From Atribacterota bacterium (GTDB lineage: Bacteria; Atribacterota; Phoenicimicrobiia; Phoenicimicrobiales; Stramentimicrobiaceae), in NCBI GenBank assembly GCA_040767965.1, contig JAXGNR010000004.1, positions 785,335-849,334 on the forward strand: a DNA stretch of 64,000 bases, in the 5' to 3' direction. Below the pieces are notes generated by a model. The model was not told the origin of the DNA and searched no databases. It worked only from the letters and a program-made list of their open reading frames with translations. Shown in pieces: positions 49,613 to 60,650 of the stretch. How positions within the stretch are numbered: the stretch's first letter is position 1; each line of letters opens with the position of its first letter. Made by a program: the position numbers and the translations under genes.

Positions 49613-51769
49613 TTAATCCCCTTCCAGTCTTTTTACCTCTTTTACAGCTCTTAAGCTTTTTATTCTGGAAATAATCTCTTTCAAATGAGAAACTGTTTTT
49701 ACTTCAATAGTTAAACTTAATATAGCAATACCATTTTTATCAGTTGATCCATGTATTTGCATTATTGAGGCTTTATAATTTGAAATTATCATTGAAACAT
49801 CAGAAACTAAATTTTTTCTATCAACAGAAATAATTTTTATCTTTGCCGGGAAATAATCGCTCTCTGTTTTATTCCATGTAGCATTTATTAAGCGTCCTTC
49901 TTCATTTGTTAGGTTTTTTAAATTTTGGCATTCAACACGGTGAATAGTAACTCCTCTTCCTCTTGTAATATATCCAATAATTTCATCTCCCGGTACCGGG
50001 TGACAGCATTGAGCAAATCTAATCAAGATATTATCAACACCATCTACCTTTACACCTCTATCGGCATAGCTTTTTTTATCAATAACACTTTTCACCGGAA
50101 GTTGCTGTTTTTTTTCTTGAGGTAATATTTTATTCACAAGCTGGCTTGGATTTATTTTTTTATAGCCTGTAGCTTCTAGCAATGAGTCTAAATCTGTGTA
50201 TCCCATTGGCCGGCACATTTCTTCAAATTTTTCTTCTAATTCAACAGTCCATGGAATTTTATATTTGTCTAGCTCTCTTAAAAGTAAATTTTTCCCTTTT
50301 TCAATATTTTCATTTCTTAATTCCTTTTTAAACCAAGCTTTTATACGAGTCTTAGCACTTGATGTTTTAATAAATTTCAACCAATCTTTACTTGGTCCGC
50401 TTGAGGTTTTAGTGGTTAGAATTTCTACAATATCACCACTCTTTAACCTTCGATCCAAAGGAACAATCTTGTTATTTATTTTGGCACCTACACAGCTATG
50501 ACCTATCTCTGTATGAATGGCATAGGCAAAATCTACAGGAGTAGAGCCTAAAGGGAGTACTTTTACATCTCCTTTTGGCGTGAAAGTGTATACTTCATAT
50601 TGCAAAAGGTCTATCTTAAGGTTCTCCATAAATTCCATCGGATCTTTAAGTTCTTTTTGCCATTCAAGTATTTGCCTAAGCCAGGTCAATCTTTCTTCAA
50701 ACTTTTTATCTTTTAAACTATCTCCCTTTTCTTTGTATTTCCAATGAGCGGCAATTCCATATTCTGAAGTCCTGTGCATTTCCTCAGTTCTAATCTGAAC
50801 CTCAAGAGGTTCACCTTCTTTTGTAATTACAGTAGTATGCAAAGATTGGTACATGTTTGATTTTGGCATAGCTATGTAATCCTTAAATCTGCCTGGCATC
50901 GGTTTCCAGATAGAGTGCAAGAGGCCCAATGCTCCATAACAATCCTTTATAGAATTACAGATAATTCTTATTGCCATTAAATCATATATTTGAAAAAAAT
51001 CTTTGTCCTGCTCTTCCATTTTTTTATAAATACTATAAATATTTTTCGGCCTTCCCTGAATACTTGCTTTAATACCAAATTTTTTTAATTCATCTGCCAT
51101 TACTGTCTTTATATTTTCGATATATTTTTCTCTTTCGGCTCTACTTTTGGCAACTTTCGCTGCAAGCTCATTATATTTTCTTGGAGCAATGTTTAACAAT
51201 GAATAATCTTCCAATTCCCACTTTATTCGATACAATCCTAGCCTATTAGCAATCGGTACATAAATATCCAGAGTTTCTTTTGCTTTTACTAAACGTTTTG
51301 GTGCAGGCATATATTTTAAAGTTCTCATATTATTAAGACGATCAGCAAGCTTGATTATTATTACCCGGATATCTTCTGCAATAGCCAGAAACATTTTCCT
51401 GAAATTTTCTGCCTGGCGTTCCTCTTTTGTTTGAAAAGCTATCTTGCTTAATTTGGTAACACCGTTTACCAGCATTGCCACTTCTTGACCAAATTGATTT
51501 TTTATTTCATCAAGGGAAATATGAGTATCTTCTACTACATCATGCAATAATCCGGCAGCAATAGTTGTGGGATCCATATTTAGCTCAGTTAAAATATTTG
51601 CAACCTCCAAGGGGTGGGACAAATAAGGCTGACCAGAATACCTTTTTTGGTTTCTATGTGCTTCCTGACAAAAAGAATATGCTTTCCAGACTATGTCGAT
51701 ATCAGCTTCTGGATTATATTTTTTTATTTTTTTAATTAATTCTTCAATTGTAGTAGTAATTTCAAGCAT
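49613..51769 (-). CDS. rel: Bifunctional (p)ppGpp synthetase/hydrolase Rel
   Basis: Intact HD motif (LLHDVVED), RFKDYI, YQSLHT, EVQIRT, plus TGS and ACT domains. Confidence 0.96.
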   Translation of the reverse strand: MLEITTTIEELIKKIKKYNPEADIDIVWKAYSFCQEAHRNQKRYSGQPYLSHPLEVANILTELNMDPTTIAAGLLHDVVEDTHISLDEIKNQFGQEVAMLVNGVTKLSKIAFQTKEERQAENFRKMFLAIAEDIRVIIIKLADRLNNMRTLKYMPAPKRLVKAKETLDIYVPIANRLGLYRIKWELEDYSLLNIAPRKYNELAAKVAKSRAEREKYIENIKTVMADELKKFGIKASIQGRPKNIYSIYKKMEEQDKDFFQIYDLMAIRIICNSIKDCYGALGLLHSIWKPMPGRFKDYIAMPKSNMYQSLHTTVITKEGEPLEVQIRTEEMHRTSEYGIAAHWKYKEKGDSLKDKKFEERLTWLRQILEWQKELKDPMEFMENLKIDLLQYEVYTFTPKGDVKVLPLGSTPVDFAYAIHTEIGHSCVGAKINNKIVPLDRRLKSGDIVEILTTKTSSGPSKDWLKFIKTSSAKTRIKAWFKKELRNENIEKGKNLLLRELDKYKIPWTVELEEKFEEMCRPMGYTDLDSLLEATGYKKINPSQLVNKILPQEKKQQLPVKSVIDKKSYADRGVKVDGVDNILIRFAQCCHPVPGDEIIGYITRGRGVTIHRVECQNLKNLTNEEGRLINATWNKTESDYFPAKIKIISVDRKNLVSDVSMIISNYKASIMQIHGSTDKNGIAILSLTIEVKTVSHLKEIISRIKSLRAVKEVKRLEGD

Positions 51770-51821
51770 ATTACACCAATTTTTTAAACTCTAATAGTTG
51801 ATTTATTTTAAAAAAGTTTAT

Positions 51822-52340
51822 TTATTTATTATACTGCACTAGAGAAAATATTTCATATCCTTTTAACTTTTCTCTTCCATTCAAAGATGCCAGTTCAATT
51901 ATAAAATCAGCACCGACTACTTCGCCGCCTAGCTTTTCGATTAATTTAAAAACAGCCAAGGTAGTTCCTCCTGTTGCCAGCAAATCGTCAATTACCATTA
52001 TGCGTTCACCATCCTTGATAGCATCTTTATGTATTTCTAATATGTTTTCCCCATATTCAAGTTGATACGAAATTCTCTCAATATCTGCAGGTAGTTTTCC
52101 TTTTTTTCTGATTAATAAAAACCCAACATTTAAATTATAAGCAACTGGTGCCCCAATAATAAAACCTCTGGCTTCAATTCCAGCCACATGATCAATTTTC
52201 ATATTTCGGCAATGTTCTGTTACTTTGTCTATGCAATACTTAAAAGCATCTTTATCTCTAAGCAAGGTAGTGATATCTTTAAATTGTATCCCTTTTACCG
52301 GGAAATCAGGTATATTTCTTATTTTATCTTTCAAATTCAT
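51822..52340 (-). CDS. apt: Adenine phosphoribosyltransferase
   Basis: PDFP.KGIQFKDITT, GIEARGF, LEYG and DDLLATGGT motifs. Confidence 0.98.
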   Translation of the reverse strand: MNLKDKIRNIPDFPVKGIQFKDITTLLRDKDAFKYCIDKVTEHCRNMKIDHVAGIEARGFIIGAPVAYNLNVGFLLIRKKGKLPADIERISYQLEYGENILEIHKDAIKDGERIMVIDDLLATGGTTLAVFKLIEKLGGEVVGADFIIELASLNGREKLKGYEIFSLVQYNK

Positions 52341-52344
52341 TTTG

Positions 52345-54054
52345 CTAGAAACCCTCCTTAATAGGTTTAATATCTTTAATCAACAGCTGAATTGTTTTTT
52401 TCCCATTCCACTGATTCTTATCTAGTTGAAATGCAATATTAACTTTATTTTGGTCTTTTAGTTCAGAACCTTTTTCTCCCAGTTGAAAACCAATTCCATC
52501 ATAATAATATCCATTTTCACCAAAGCATAATTTTAAATGATTATTTTCTTTTCCTACAACTTTCCATGATCTTAAGGGGTAGTTATGTCCGCAAAAAATT
52601 GGCTGAGGATTCCCAGGACCAAAAGGCTTCAACAAATCAATCAAATTAAGAAAATCCCAATTCATTTTATCTAAATCTAGATTGCTGTCTATATTTAGTA
52701 TTTGTTCATTATTTTTATTTAGAATATTATGTTGTAATTTTTTGTTAATCATTTCTCTAAAAGTATCGATATTTTTTTCAGCGATGGTTATTCCTGCGGC
52801 ATATTTATGACCACCATATTTTTCTAACAATTCAGAACATTCAGCTAAAATTTCTGAAAAATCAAACTCTCCTTGATTTCTACCAGAACCTTTGCCATTA
52901 CCGTTACAGGTAGAAATAATCATGGCAGGCTTACCAAACTCTTCCATTATTCTAGAGGCAATAATTCCGATTATTCCCGGATGCCAATTATTTGAAGAAA
53001 GTACTAATATTTTTTGGTTATCCCCAAAGGTATTTCCTTTAACAATTTTTCTAGCTTCTAATAATATTTTTTGTGTTATTGTTTTTCTTTCTTCATTTAA
53101 TTTTATCATTTCTTCAGCTAGATGATTAGCCATGTATGAGGATTCTGTTAGAAATAGATCAACTGCATAGTTAGGGTTACCTATTCTTCCTGTGGCATTC
53201 AACACAGGAATTAATTCAAAACTAAGTTCCTTTACAGACATCACTTCTGTTTTTTTCTTATTATTTTGTATTTTTTGTAAAAGTATTTTTAACCCTTTTT
53301 TATTATTGCTTATAAGTTGCAAAAGACCTTCTTTAACGAATATTCTATTTTCATTTAATAGCGGCACAGAATCTGCAATTGTTCCTAGTGCTACCAAATC
53401 TAAGTTTTGTTTAACATCATTGTCATTACCTTCTAATTCAAATGATAAAGCTTGTGCTAATTTAAAAGCAACTCCAACACCTGCTAATTCCTTAAATGGA
53501 TAATCACAGCACTTTGGATTTATTATAGTAAAAGCATCAGGTTTTTCTTCTAAAGGCTGATGATGATCGGTAATTATTGTATCGATTTTCAGATTATTAA
53601 GTTTTTTTATCTCATGAAAAGAGGTAATACCACAATCTACTGTAATCATCAGAGTAATCTTGTATTTTATAATAAAATTCATTCCTGTCTCACTTAACCC
53701 ATAACCTTCTTCAGTCCGATCAGGAATATAATAATAAACATCAGGGGTATGCTTTTTTAAAATTGAATATAATAAAGCGATACTTGTCATCCCATCAACA
53801 TCATAATCACCATAAATCAGTATTTTTTCTTTTTCATAAATTGCTTTAATGATTCTATTGACAGCTTTATCTAATCCATGTAACAATTTATAGCTTATCA
53901 GTTTATCAAAATGAGGGTTTAAAAAATTTGATATATCTTTGTAATCATTCAAGCCACGATTGATTAAGAGTTGAGCAACTACTGGATCAATAGAAAATTG
54001 ATTTGATATTTCTTTCTGTAATATTTCATTTTCATTAGCAATTAACCATTTGAT
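52345..54054 (-). CDS. recJ: Single-stranded DNA exonuclease RecJ (start uncertain)
   Basis: YGDYDVDG, TVDCG, TDHH, LGTIAD and GGH.YAAG motifs. The frame is open upstream of 53952 and encodes the typical KW..IDPVVAQLLINRG N-terminus. Confidence 0.92.
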   Translation of the reverse strand: MKWLIANENEILQKEISNQFSIDPVVAQLLINRGLNDYKDISNFLNPHFDKLISYKLLHGLDKAVNRIIKAIYEKEKILIYGDYDVDGMTSIALLYSILKKHTPDVYYYIPDRTEEGYGLSETGMNFIIKYKITLMITVDCGITSFHEIKKLNNLKIDTIITDHHQPLEEKPDAFTIINPKCCDYPFKELAGVGVAFKLAQALSFELEGNDNDVKQNLDLVALGTIADSVPLLNENRIFVKEGLLQLISNNKKGLKILLQKIQNNKKKTEVMSVKELSFELIPVLNATGRIGNPNYAVDLFLTESSYMANHLAEEMIKLNEERKTITQKILLEARKIVKGNTFGDNQKILVLSSNNWHPGIIGIIASRIMEEFGKPAMIISTCNGNGKGSGRNQGEFDFSEILAECSELLEKYGGHKYAAGITIAEKNIDTFREMINKKLQHNILNKNNEQILNIDSNLDLDKMNWDFLNLIDLLKPFGPGNPQPIFCGHNYPLRSWKVVGKENNHLKLCFGENGYYYDGIGFQLGEKGSELKDQNKVNIAFQLDKNQWNGKKTIQLLIKDIKPIKEGF

Positions 54055-54157
54055 ATTTTTTACCTCTTTTTTTTCTTTTAAAATTATATTACTTGTTAAC
54101 CATTTTTTATTTTTATTATTTTAATGGTAACACTTCTCTAAGTATATTTTATTATTT

Positions 54158-55030
54158 CTAAGGCATTTTAGTCCTTTTTTGCAATTCCAACAATAAAGGG
54201 CCGGCCATACAAATAGATGAATAAGTACCAACAGTAATCCCAACCAGTAAAACAAAAGCAAAATCTGATAATGTTCCGCCAAAGAAGTAAAGAGCCAAAA
54301 CTGGTAATAATGTGGTTATTGCGGTATTTATAGTTCTGGTTAACGATTGATTAATACTTAAATCTATAATGCTTTCTAAAGAGGCTCTGGTTTTTAGTTT
54401 TCTATTTTCTCTTAGTCTATCAAATATAACAATAGTGTTATTGAGAGAATAACCGACAATTGTTAAAACTGCAGCAATAATAGGAATAGTTATTTCTTTT
54501 TGTAGAAGAGAAAGTACCCCCAGGGCAATGAGGACATCGTGCCCCAATGCTATTATAGAAGTTATAGCATATTTAAACTCAAATCTGATAGTAATATAAA
54601 TAATTATGCCTATAAAAGCAAAAATAATAGCCATTAATGCTAATTGTTTTAAGGAATCTCCAATTACCGGTCCAACCATTTCCACTTTTAATACTTCAAA
54701 AACTCCTACATTTTCTTCAATGTGATTTAATATTTCATTTCTTTGATCTATTGCAGTTTGATCTGTTCGGATAACAAATTCATTATTAGTTAATGTTTGA
54801 ATAGTACTGCTGGCTAAATTCATTTCTGCTAAAACGCTTCGAATATCTGCAACAGACGTGTTTTCAGCAAAATCCAGTTGTATCAAGGTTCCTCCGGCAA
54901 AATCAATGCCGTAATTAAACCCTTGAAACAATAAAGAAATTATGCCAAATAATATTACTATAGCAGATATTTTATAGAATAATTTCCTCTTTAAGACAAA
55001 TTTCAGATTCGTGTCTTTGATGATATCCAT
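54158..55030 (-). CDS. secF: Protein translocase subunit SecF
   Basis: GIDFAGG, VGPVIG, IRFE, HD and GYSLNNTIVIFDR motifs. Confidence 0.96.
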   Translation of the reverse strand: MDIIKDTNLKFVLKRKLFYKISAIVILFGIISLLFQGFNYGIDFAGGTLIQLDFAENTSVADIRSVLAEMNLASSTIQTLTNNEFVIRTDQTAIDQRNEILNHIEENVGVFEVLKVEMVGPVIGDSLKQLALMAIIFAFIGIIIYITIRFEFKYAITSIIALGHDVLIALGVLSLLQKEITIPIIAAVLTIVGYSLNNTIVIFDRLRENRKLKTRASLESIIDLSINQSLTRTINTAITTLLPVLALYFFGGTLSDFAFVLLVGITVGTYSSICMAGPLLLELQKRTKMP

Positions 55031-55186
55031 TTATAATCCTCCAATATACTTTGTGTCAAAGAATAGAATATTTTTGACTAATCTATCATTTTTCAATATT
55101 TTTTTAAATTTTATTTATTTTTTCAAATCTTTAATCAGGCCACTTATTTATATTATCTTGTTAATATAAAATATCATTACTAATCC

Positions 55187-56377
55187 TTAAATTAATAACT
55201 TTTTATTAAAACGCTGTCCTATTATTTCTAAAATAAGTTTAGTTACCACTATTGCTGTAAACATACTCACTGCAATTCCAATACTTAAAGTGACTGCAAA
55301 TCCTCTTATTGGACCAGATCCAAAATACAAGAGAGCTACAGCTGCGATCAATGTTGTAATATTTGCATCCAGTATAGTTCTAAATGCTTTTGAAAAACCT
55401 GCTTCTATTGAAGCTCTAAACGTTTTATCCAATTTTAATTCTTCTTTTATGCGTTCAAATATGAGTATATTTGCATCTACTGCCATTCCAATAGTTAATA
55501 CAATTCCAGCAATACCTGGTAAGGTAAGAGTTGCATTTAAAATAGCTAAACAACCAAAAATTAGCAATAGGCATATTGCCAAAGCTAAATTAGCAACAAT
55601 TCCAAATCCTTTGTAAATGATAATCATAAAAATAATAATCAACAGCAATCCAATAAGACCCGCCTTAACACCTTTACTGATTGAGTCTCTTCCTAATGTT
55701 GGGCCAACAGATCGATTTTCAAGAATTTCAACTTTTACCGGAAGAGAACCGCTTCTTAGCAATAGAGCCAGTCTTTGGGCATCTTCAACGCTGAATTGTC
55801 CAACAATGGATGCCTCTCCATTTGGAATAGGTTCTTCTACTACAGGAGCAGATATTTCCTGACCGTCCAGCGTAATTGAAATAATTCTACCTACATTCCT
55901 GGTAGTTGCTTGTTCGAATAATTTGGCTCCTTCATCATCAAATTCCAATACAACATTTGCTCTTCCGAATCTGTCAAAAGAAGCTTTTGCATTTTTTAAA
56001 TTTGCACCTGTCAACAAAGTAACACCAGCTTCATCTTTGAATTCCAATAAAGCCGTTTTTCCAATCAGATCTTCAGCTTCCTGAGGATCTTCCATGCCAG
56101 GGAGCTGAACTAATATTCTTCTTTCTCCTTGTCTTTGAATTAGAGGTTCTTTAACACCTTCAGGATTGATTCTGTTTGAAATTATCTCCATAACTCTCCT
56201 AACAGCATCATCATCGACTAGAGCATTTGGAGTATCTACACATTCAAGCAAGATATGTGAACCACCTTGTAAATCTAATCCTAAGTTAATATTTTTTTCT
56301 AAAGGAAAAGTGTAAAAAATAGCAACTCCTAAAACAAATATAATTAAAATCAATCTTACTAATCTAAACTGTTTCAT
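55187..56377 (-). CDS. secD: Protein translocase subunit SecD
   Basis: LGLDLQGG, VGPTLG, GMAVDANILIFERI and DANITT motifs. Confidence 0.97.
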   Translation of the reverse strand: MKQFRLVRLILIIFVLGVAIFYTFPLEKNINLGLDLQGGSHILLECVDTPNALVDDDAVRRVMEIISNRINPEGVKEPLIQRQGERRILVQLPGMEDPQEAEDLIGKTALLEFKDEAGVTLLTGANLKNAKASFDRFGRANVVLEFDDEGAKLFEQATTRNVGRIISITLDGQEISAPVVEEPIPNGEASIVGQFSVEDAQRLALLLRSGSLPVKVEILENRSVGPTLGRDSISKGVKAGLIGLLLIIIFMIIIYKGFGIVANLALAICLLLIFGCLAILNATLTLPGIAGIVLTIGMAVDANILIFERIKEELKLDKTFRASIEAGFSKAFRTILDANITTLIAAVALLYFGSGPIRGFAVTLSIGIAVSMFTAIVVTKLILEIIGQRFNKKLLI

Positions 56378-56590
56378 AAATAAAACTCCTTATATATAAT
56401 TATATATAAATAATAATTGCAACATTAAAATAGTAATACAACATATAGAATAGGTAGCTGGATTACTTAATTCTAAATATTATATTATATAATTTTAATC
56501 ATTGTTACCTTAAAACATCTAAAGTGAATATCTTTTGAATAAAAAACAATATTATCTACAAGTATTCTTTCCAAAAGTTAATGTAAACAA

Positions 56591-56620
56591 AATTAAAGGC
56601 AGGTTCAAAACCTGCCTAAT
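56591..56620 (-). terminator. Hairpin/terminator after yajC
   Basis: AGGCAGGTT-CAA-AACCTGCCT 9-bp stem with a U-rich tail on the minus strand. Confidence 0.65.
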
Positions 56621-56648
56621 TAATCTTTTTCATTTTTTATATATTATT

Positions 56649-56909
56649 TTATTTATCTCTTTTAGTTCCAATTGCATTTTTAGTTGTATTTATTTTGATA
56701 TCTTTTGAAATTTCCAAAGTAAATACATCCCCTTTTATATCTCTAATTATTCCGTAAATACCACCAATGGTTATTATTTTATCGCCAACCTTTAAGCTAT
56801 CTAACATTTCTTTATGTTTTTTTTGTCTCTGTTGCTGGGGACGAATCAAAATAAAATAAAAAATGGCAAATATAATAATCAAAGGCAAAAACTGTTCAAT
56901 ACCACCCAT
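56649..56909 (-). CDS. yajC: Preprotein translocase subunit YajC
   Basis: FYFILIRPQQ and L.VGD.IITIGGIYG motifs. Confidence 0.96.
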   Translation of the reverse strand: MGGIEQFLPLIIIFAIFYFILIRPQQQRQKKHKEMLDSLKVGDKIITIGGIYGIIRDIKGDVFTLEISKDIKINTTKNAIGTKRDK

Positions 56910-57011
56910 TTCTTCACACCTTTCTTTCTTAAAAATTCTTTTAAATTATACCTAATTAATCTATTTTTATCAAATAAATTAATAATTTATTTTTATATTA
57001 TTTATTGTTTT

Positions 57012-58127
57012 TTAATTGCAATAATTTTCTAAAAACTTTTTTTTATAGGAATCAAAACGATTTTCTTTAATGGCAAATCTGATTTCAATCATAAGATTAT
57101 TCATAAAATAAAGGTTATGTATAGTCCCCAATATTGGCGCTAGCATTTCATTAGCAATATATAAATGTCTTAAATACGCTTTAGTAAAATTATTGCATAC
57201 ATAACACTGACATTTCTCATCGATAGGCGTTAAATCTTTTTTAAATTTAGAATTTGTTATCGATATTTTACCTTTAAAAGTGAAAAGAGATCCATTTCTG
57301 CCATTCCTGGTAGGAAGCACACAATCAAACATATCGATACCTCTAGAAACAGCCTCTAATATTGATTCTGGAGCTCCAACTCCCATTAAATATTTTGGCT
57401 TTTGTTTTGGTAAAATCATAGAAATTTCATCCAGGATTTCATACATTAAAGGCTTGGGTTCTCCAACGCTCAATCCCCCCAAAGCATAACCAGGAAAATT
57501 CAAATCTATTAGCTGCTGCGCGTTTTCTTTTCTTAAGTCTGGATAGATGCCTCCTTGTACTATCCCAAACAAGGATTGTGTTTTTTTAAAATGATGTTTT
57601 TGACATTCTTTTGCCCACTGAAAAGTACGTTTTGCCGCAATTTCTGTTTCTCTCCTGGTTGCAGGATATGGAGCGCATTGATCAAAAACCATTGCAATAT
57701 CAGAGCCTAAATCCATTTGTATTTCCATAGCCTGCTTCGGGCCAATAAAATGTCTGGATCCATCAATGTAAGATTGAAAAGTAACTCCTTCATCATTGAT
57801 TTTATTTATTTTCCCAAGACTAAATACCTGGAAGCCACCGCTGTCTGTTAAAATAGATTTATCCCAACCCATAAAACGGTGCAATCCGCCAGCTTTAGAT
57901 ATTAGCTCATGTCCAGGTCTTAAAAACAGATGATAAGCATTGCTTAAGATAATTGAAAAGCCTAAACTTTCAATTTCCTTTGGCAATATCCCCTTTATTG
58001 TTCCCTGTGTCCCTACCGGCATAAATACCGGAGTTTCTATCACACTGTGTTCGGTTTTGAGTATTCCCAATCTGGCATTACTATTTAACTCTTTTGCTTC
58101 TTTAATAAGTTTAAATTTTATAGACAT
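57012..58127 (-). CDS. tgt: tRNA guanosine(34) transglycosylase
   Basis: TPVFMPVGT, TDSGGFQVFSL, DMFDCVLPTR and C.C..C zinc site. Confidence 0.98.
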   Translation of the reverse strand: MSIKFKLIKEAKELNSNARLGILKTEHSVIETPVFMPVGTQGTIKGILPKEIESLGFSIILSNAYHLFLRPGHELISKAGGLHRFMGWDKSILTDSGGFQVFSLGKINKINDEGVTFQSYIDGSRHFIGPKQAMEIQMDLGSDIAMVFDQCAPYPATRRETEIAAKRTFQWAKECQKHHFKKTQSLFGIVQGGIYPDLRKENAQQLIDLNFPGYALGGLSVGEPKPLMYEILDEISMILPKQKPKYLMGVGAPESILEAVSRGIDMFDCVLPTRNGRNGSLFTFKGKISITNSKFKKDLTPIDEKCQCYVCNNFTKAYLRHLYIANEMLAPILGTIHNLYFMNNLMIEIRFAIKENRFDSYKKKFLENYCN

Positions 58128-58149
58128 CTTTAAATGTTTTTCTTTTATT

Positions 58150-59172
58150 TTAATTTATAAACATTGAATCGCCAAAACTATAAAAACGATACTTATTTTT
58201 TATAGCTTCCTGATAAGCATTTAGCAAGTTTTCTTTCCCAGCAAATGCAGAGGCTAGCATAAGAGGCGTAGATCTGGGCAGATGAAAATTAGTAATAAGA
58301 GCATCAACCACCTTAAAATTGAAACCGGGATAAATAAACAAATCAGTCCAATATGTTCCAGTGGTAATTTTGTCTTTTTTAACGGAAGATTCCAATGTTC
58401 TGGTAACTGATGTGCCAACACCAATAATTCTTGTTCCTTTTTTTAAAGACTGTTCAATTATTTGAGAATTTTTTTCAGATATAGTGTATAGTTCTGGTTT
58501 CATTTTGTGTTTTTCAATTTGATCTTCTCTAATCATTTCAAATGTGCCCCTGCCAATGTGCAAGGTAATGTAGATTATTTTAACTCCTTTTTTAGCAATG
58601 CTAGCTAAGAGCTCTTTTGTAAAGTGAAAACCTGCTGTTGGAGCTGCAATGGATCCTTCTTCTTGTGCATAAACAGTTTGATATGAACTAGAATCATTGA
58701 TTTCTTTTTTTATATAAGGAGGGGTCGGCATTTTACCAATTTTATACAAAATATCATTAAAAATACCAATATAATTCATTTGAACCAAATAAGTACTATC
58801 CGTGTTATCTTTGTCAATTACTATTCCTTCTAATTCTTCGGAAAATGAAATAATTGTACCATTATGTATTCTCTTCCCTGGTTTAAGCAGAGCTCTCCAT
58901 ACATTTGAAGAAATTGGGTTTATTAAAAGAGCTTCTATCTCGCCACCGGTATTCTTTTTTTGCCCGAACAACCTCATAGGCAAAACCTTACTGTTATTCA
59001 GTACCAATAAATCTTCAGGTTGAAATAAATCTACTATTTGATAAAAATTTTTATGCTGTATTTTCCCGGTATTTTTATTTAAAACCATTAATTTACTATT
59101 ATGCCTTATTGTTAATGGCTCCTGAGCAATAAAATCTGCTGGAAGTTGATAATCAAAATCTTTAATATTCAT
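58150..59172 (-). CDS. queA: S-adenosylmethionine:tRNA ribosyltransferase-isomerase
   Basis: FDY.LP..IAQ.P, PPYI, AAPTAGFHF, TNFHLP.ST and YRFYSFGD motifs. Confidence 0.97.
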   Translation of the reverse strand: MNIKDFDYQLPADFIAQEPLTIRHNSKLMVLNKNTGKIQHKNFYQIVDLFQPEDLLVLNNSKVLPMRLFGQKKNTGGEIEALLINPISSNVWRALLKPGKRIHNGTIISFSEELEGIVIDKDNTDSTYLVQMNYIGIFNDILYKIGKMPTPPYIKKEINDSSSYQTVYAQEEGSIAAPTAGFHFTKELLASIAKKGVKIIYITLHIGRGTFEMIREDQIEKHKMKPELYTISEKNSQIIEQSLKKGTRIIGVGTSVTRTLESSVKKDKITTGTYWTDLFIYPGFNFKVVDALITNFHLPRSTPLMLASAFAGKENLLNAYQEAIKNKYRFYSFGDSMFIN

Positions 59173-59234
59173 AATATGATGAATTCCTTTTAAGTTTATC
59201 TATTTATAAAATATATTCATATGGAATATTTTTT

Positions 59235-60605
59235 TCAATATTTCTTCAAAAGTTGTATGTCATGGTAATAATATTTGAGTATTTCCTCATAATTGTATCC
59301 CTTTTCAGCCATTCCGTATGCACCCCACTGAGACAATCCAACCCCATGTCCATTTCCTTTTCCGGCAAAAGTAAATGCTAGCTCGCAAATATCAGTTTCA
59401 TTTACTTCTTCTTTTTCTTCAAAGACTGTTTCTTTTATTGTTCTTTCTTCTTTGGAGGTCTGTAATAAATTAATTAGTTCAGCAATGCTAAAATCCTGCC
59501 TTTCATTTAAAATATCTCTTACAGTTTTTTTTGATTTGTTTTGTACTTCTTCCTTTATATCAATAAAAATATCCTCTTGAGGAATTTTGTTAATACTATT
59601 TGTATTGATATTAAACAAAGAACTTCTAATCAGCGTAGGGCCTATAATTAACCTGAAATCATTTACTTTCAAGGTTATTTTCTGGTTTTCATTGTCATAA
59701 ATATCAACAGAAATAACCCTTCCTTCCTCTGTTCTAGTGTTAATTACAATCTCTCTGATATTATTTATTTTATATCCATTTTGCTGAAGTTTTACCAATA
59801 TCTCCTCTTCTTTTAAGGTATAATCCCACTCATGGTTTGGCGGTGAAACAATATCTTCATATTCAGATTTTTTCCCTCTTAAATATGGAACAATCCCTCC
59901 CCAAACATCTTCACTGTTTTCCGTATGACCACCGCTATCAGAATGGTAAACGGCATTTATAGGCTCATCTTGATAAACTGCAATTATTCCGCGAGTATCA
60001 TTTACAGCTTTGTTAGTAGACGGATGTTCGGCATTTAATCCACCATATGCCTGGCTGTTTGTAGTAGCGCATATATTGTATCCTTGATCAATATATTTAT
60101 TCATATTAAACAGTGCAAAGGTTCTGGCGGCGATAGCTTGTGCCTTTAATGCTTCTTCTGGCCAGTCTGGTGATATCTCCTTTTTTAAGACCCCATACAA
60201 ATATTCTTCAATATTAATTATATTAATAACATTTAAACAATTTTGTTGATTAATAATTTCAATCTCGCCTCTATACTCATTGCCTTCTACCTGGATAAAT
60301 CCTCTTTCAGAGGGAAGTATCCTGATAGTATTAATAGAATTTAATAATTTTCCATTTAGCGTAAAACCACTATTGCTGGTAGTTATTTTCAATTTTGCAT
60401 TTTTAGTGAAATTAGCAATTTCTCTTTGGGAATCAATATCATACACAGATAATCCGTTATCACTGGTAATATTTATTTCTTTTTGGTTTAAAAATAATCC
60501 TACCCGTAAAGTAGTTTCGATAGCAAAACATTTTAATTGCAGAATTACAAAGAATAAAAACAGCAAAAATAATAAACCAATATATTTTGTACAATACTTC
60601 ATCAT
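59235..60605 (-). CDS. SpoIID/LytB domain peptidoglycan lytic protein
   Basis: EEYLYGV..E, ALKAQAIAART, QAYGG, YHSDSGGHTE and G.GHGVGLSQWGA motifs. Confidence 0.92.
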   Translation of the reverse strand: MMKYCTKYIGLLFLLFLFFVILQLKCFAIETTLRVGLFLNQKEINITSDNGLSVYDIDSQREIANFTKNAKLKITTSNSGFTLNGKLLNSINTIRILPSERGFIQVEGNEYRGEIEIINQQNCLNVINIINIEEYLYGVLKKEISPDWPEEALKAQAIAARTFALFNMNKYIDQGYNICATTNSQAYGGLNAEHPSTNKAVNDTRGIIAVYQDEPINAVYHSDSGGHTENSEDVWGGIVPYLRGKKSEYEDIVSPPNHEWDYTLKEEEILVKLQQNGYKINNIREIVINTRTEEGRVISVDIYDNENQKITLKVNDFRLIIGPTLIRSSLFNINTNSINKIPQEDIFIDIKEEVQNKSKKTVRDILNERQDFSIAELINLLQTSKEERTIKETVFEEKEEVNETDICELAFTFAGKGNGHGVGLSQWGAYGMAEKGYNYEEILKYYYHDIQLLKKY

Positions 60606-60650
60606 AACCTCATTTTTTATTAAATATATTTGTAAGTAGTTTTGGTTAGG

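Noticed and set aside
59235-60605. Evidence for sporulation from the SpoIID (and GerMN) domains
   Set aside because: Both domains are common in non-sporulating bacteria and no sporulation-specific genes are present here
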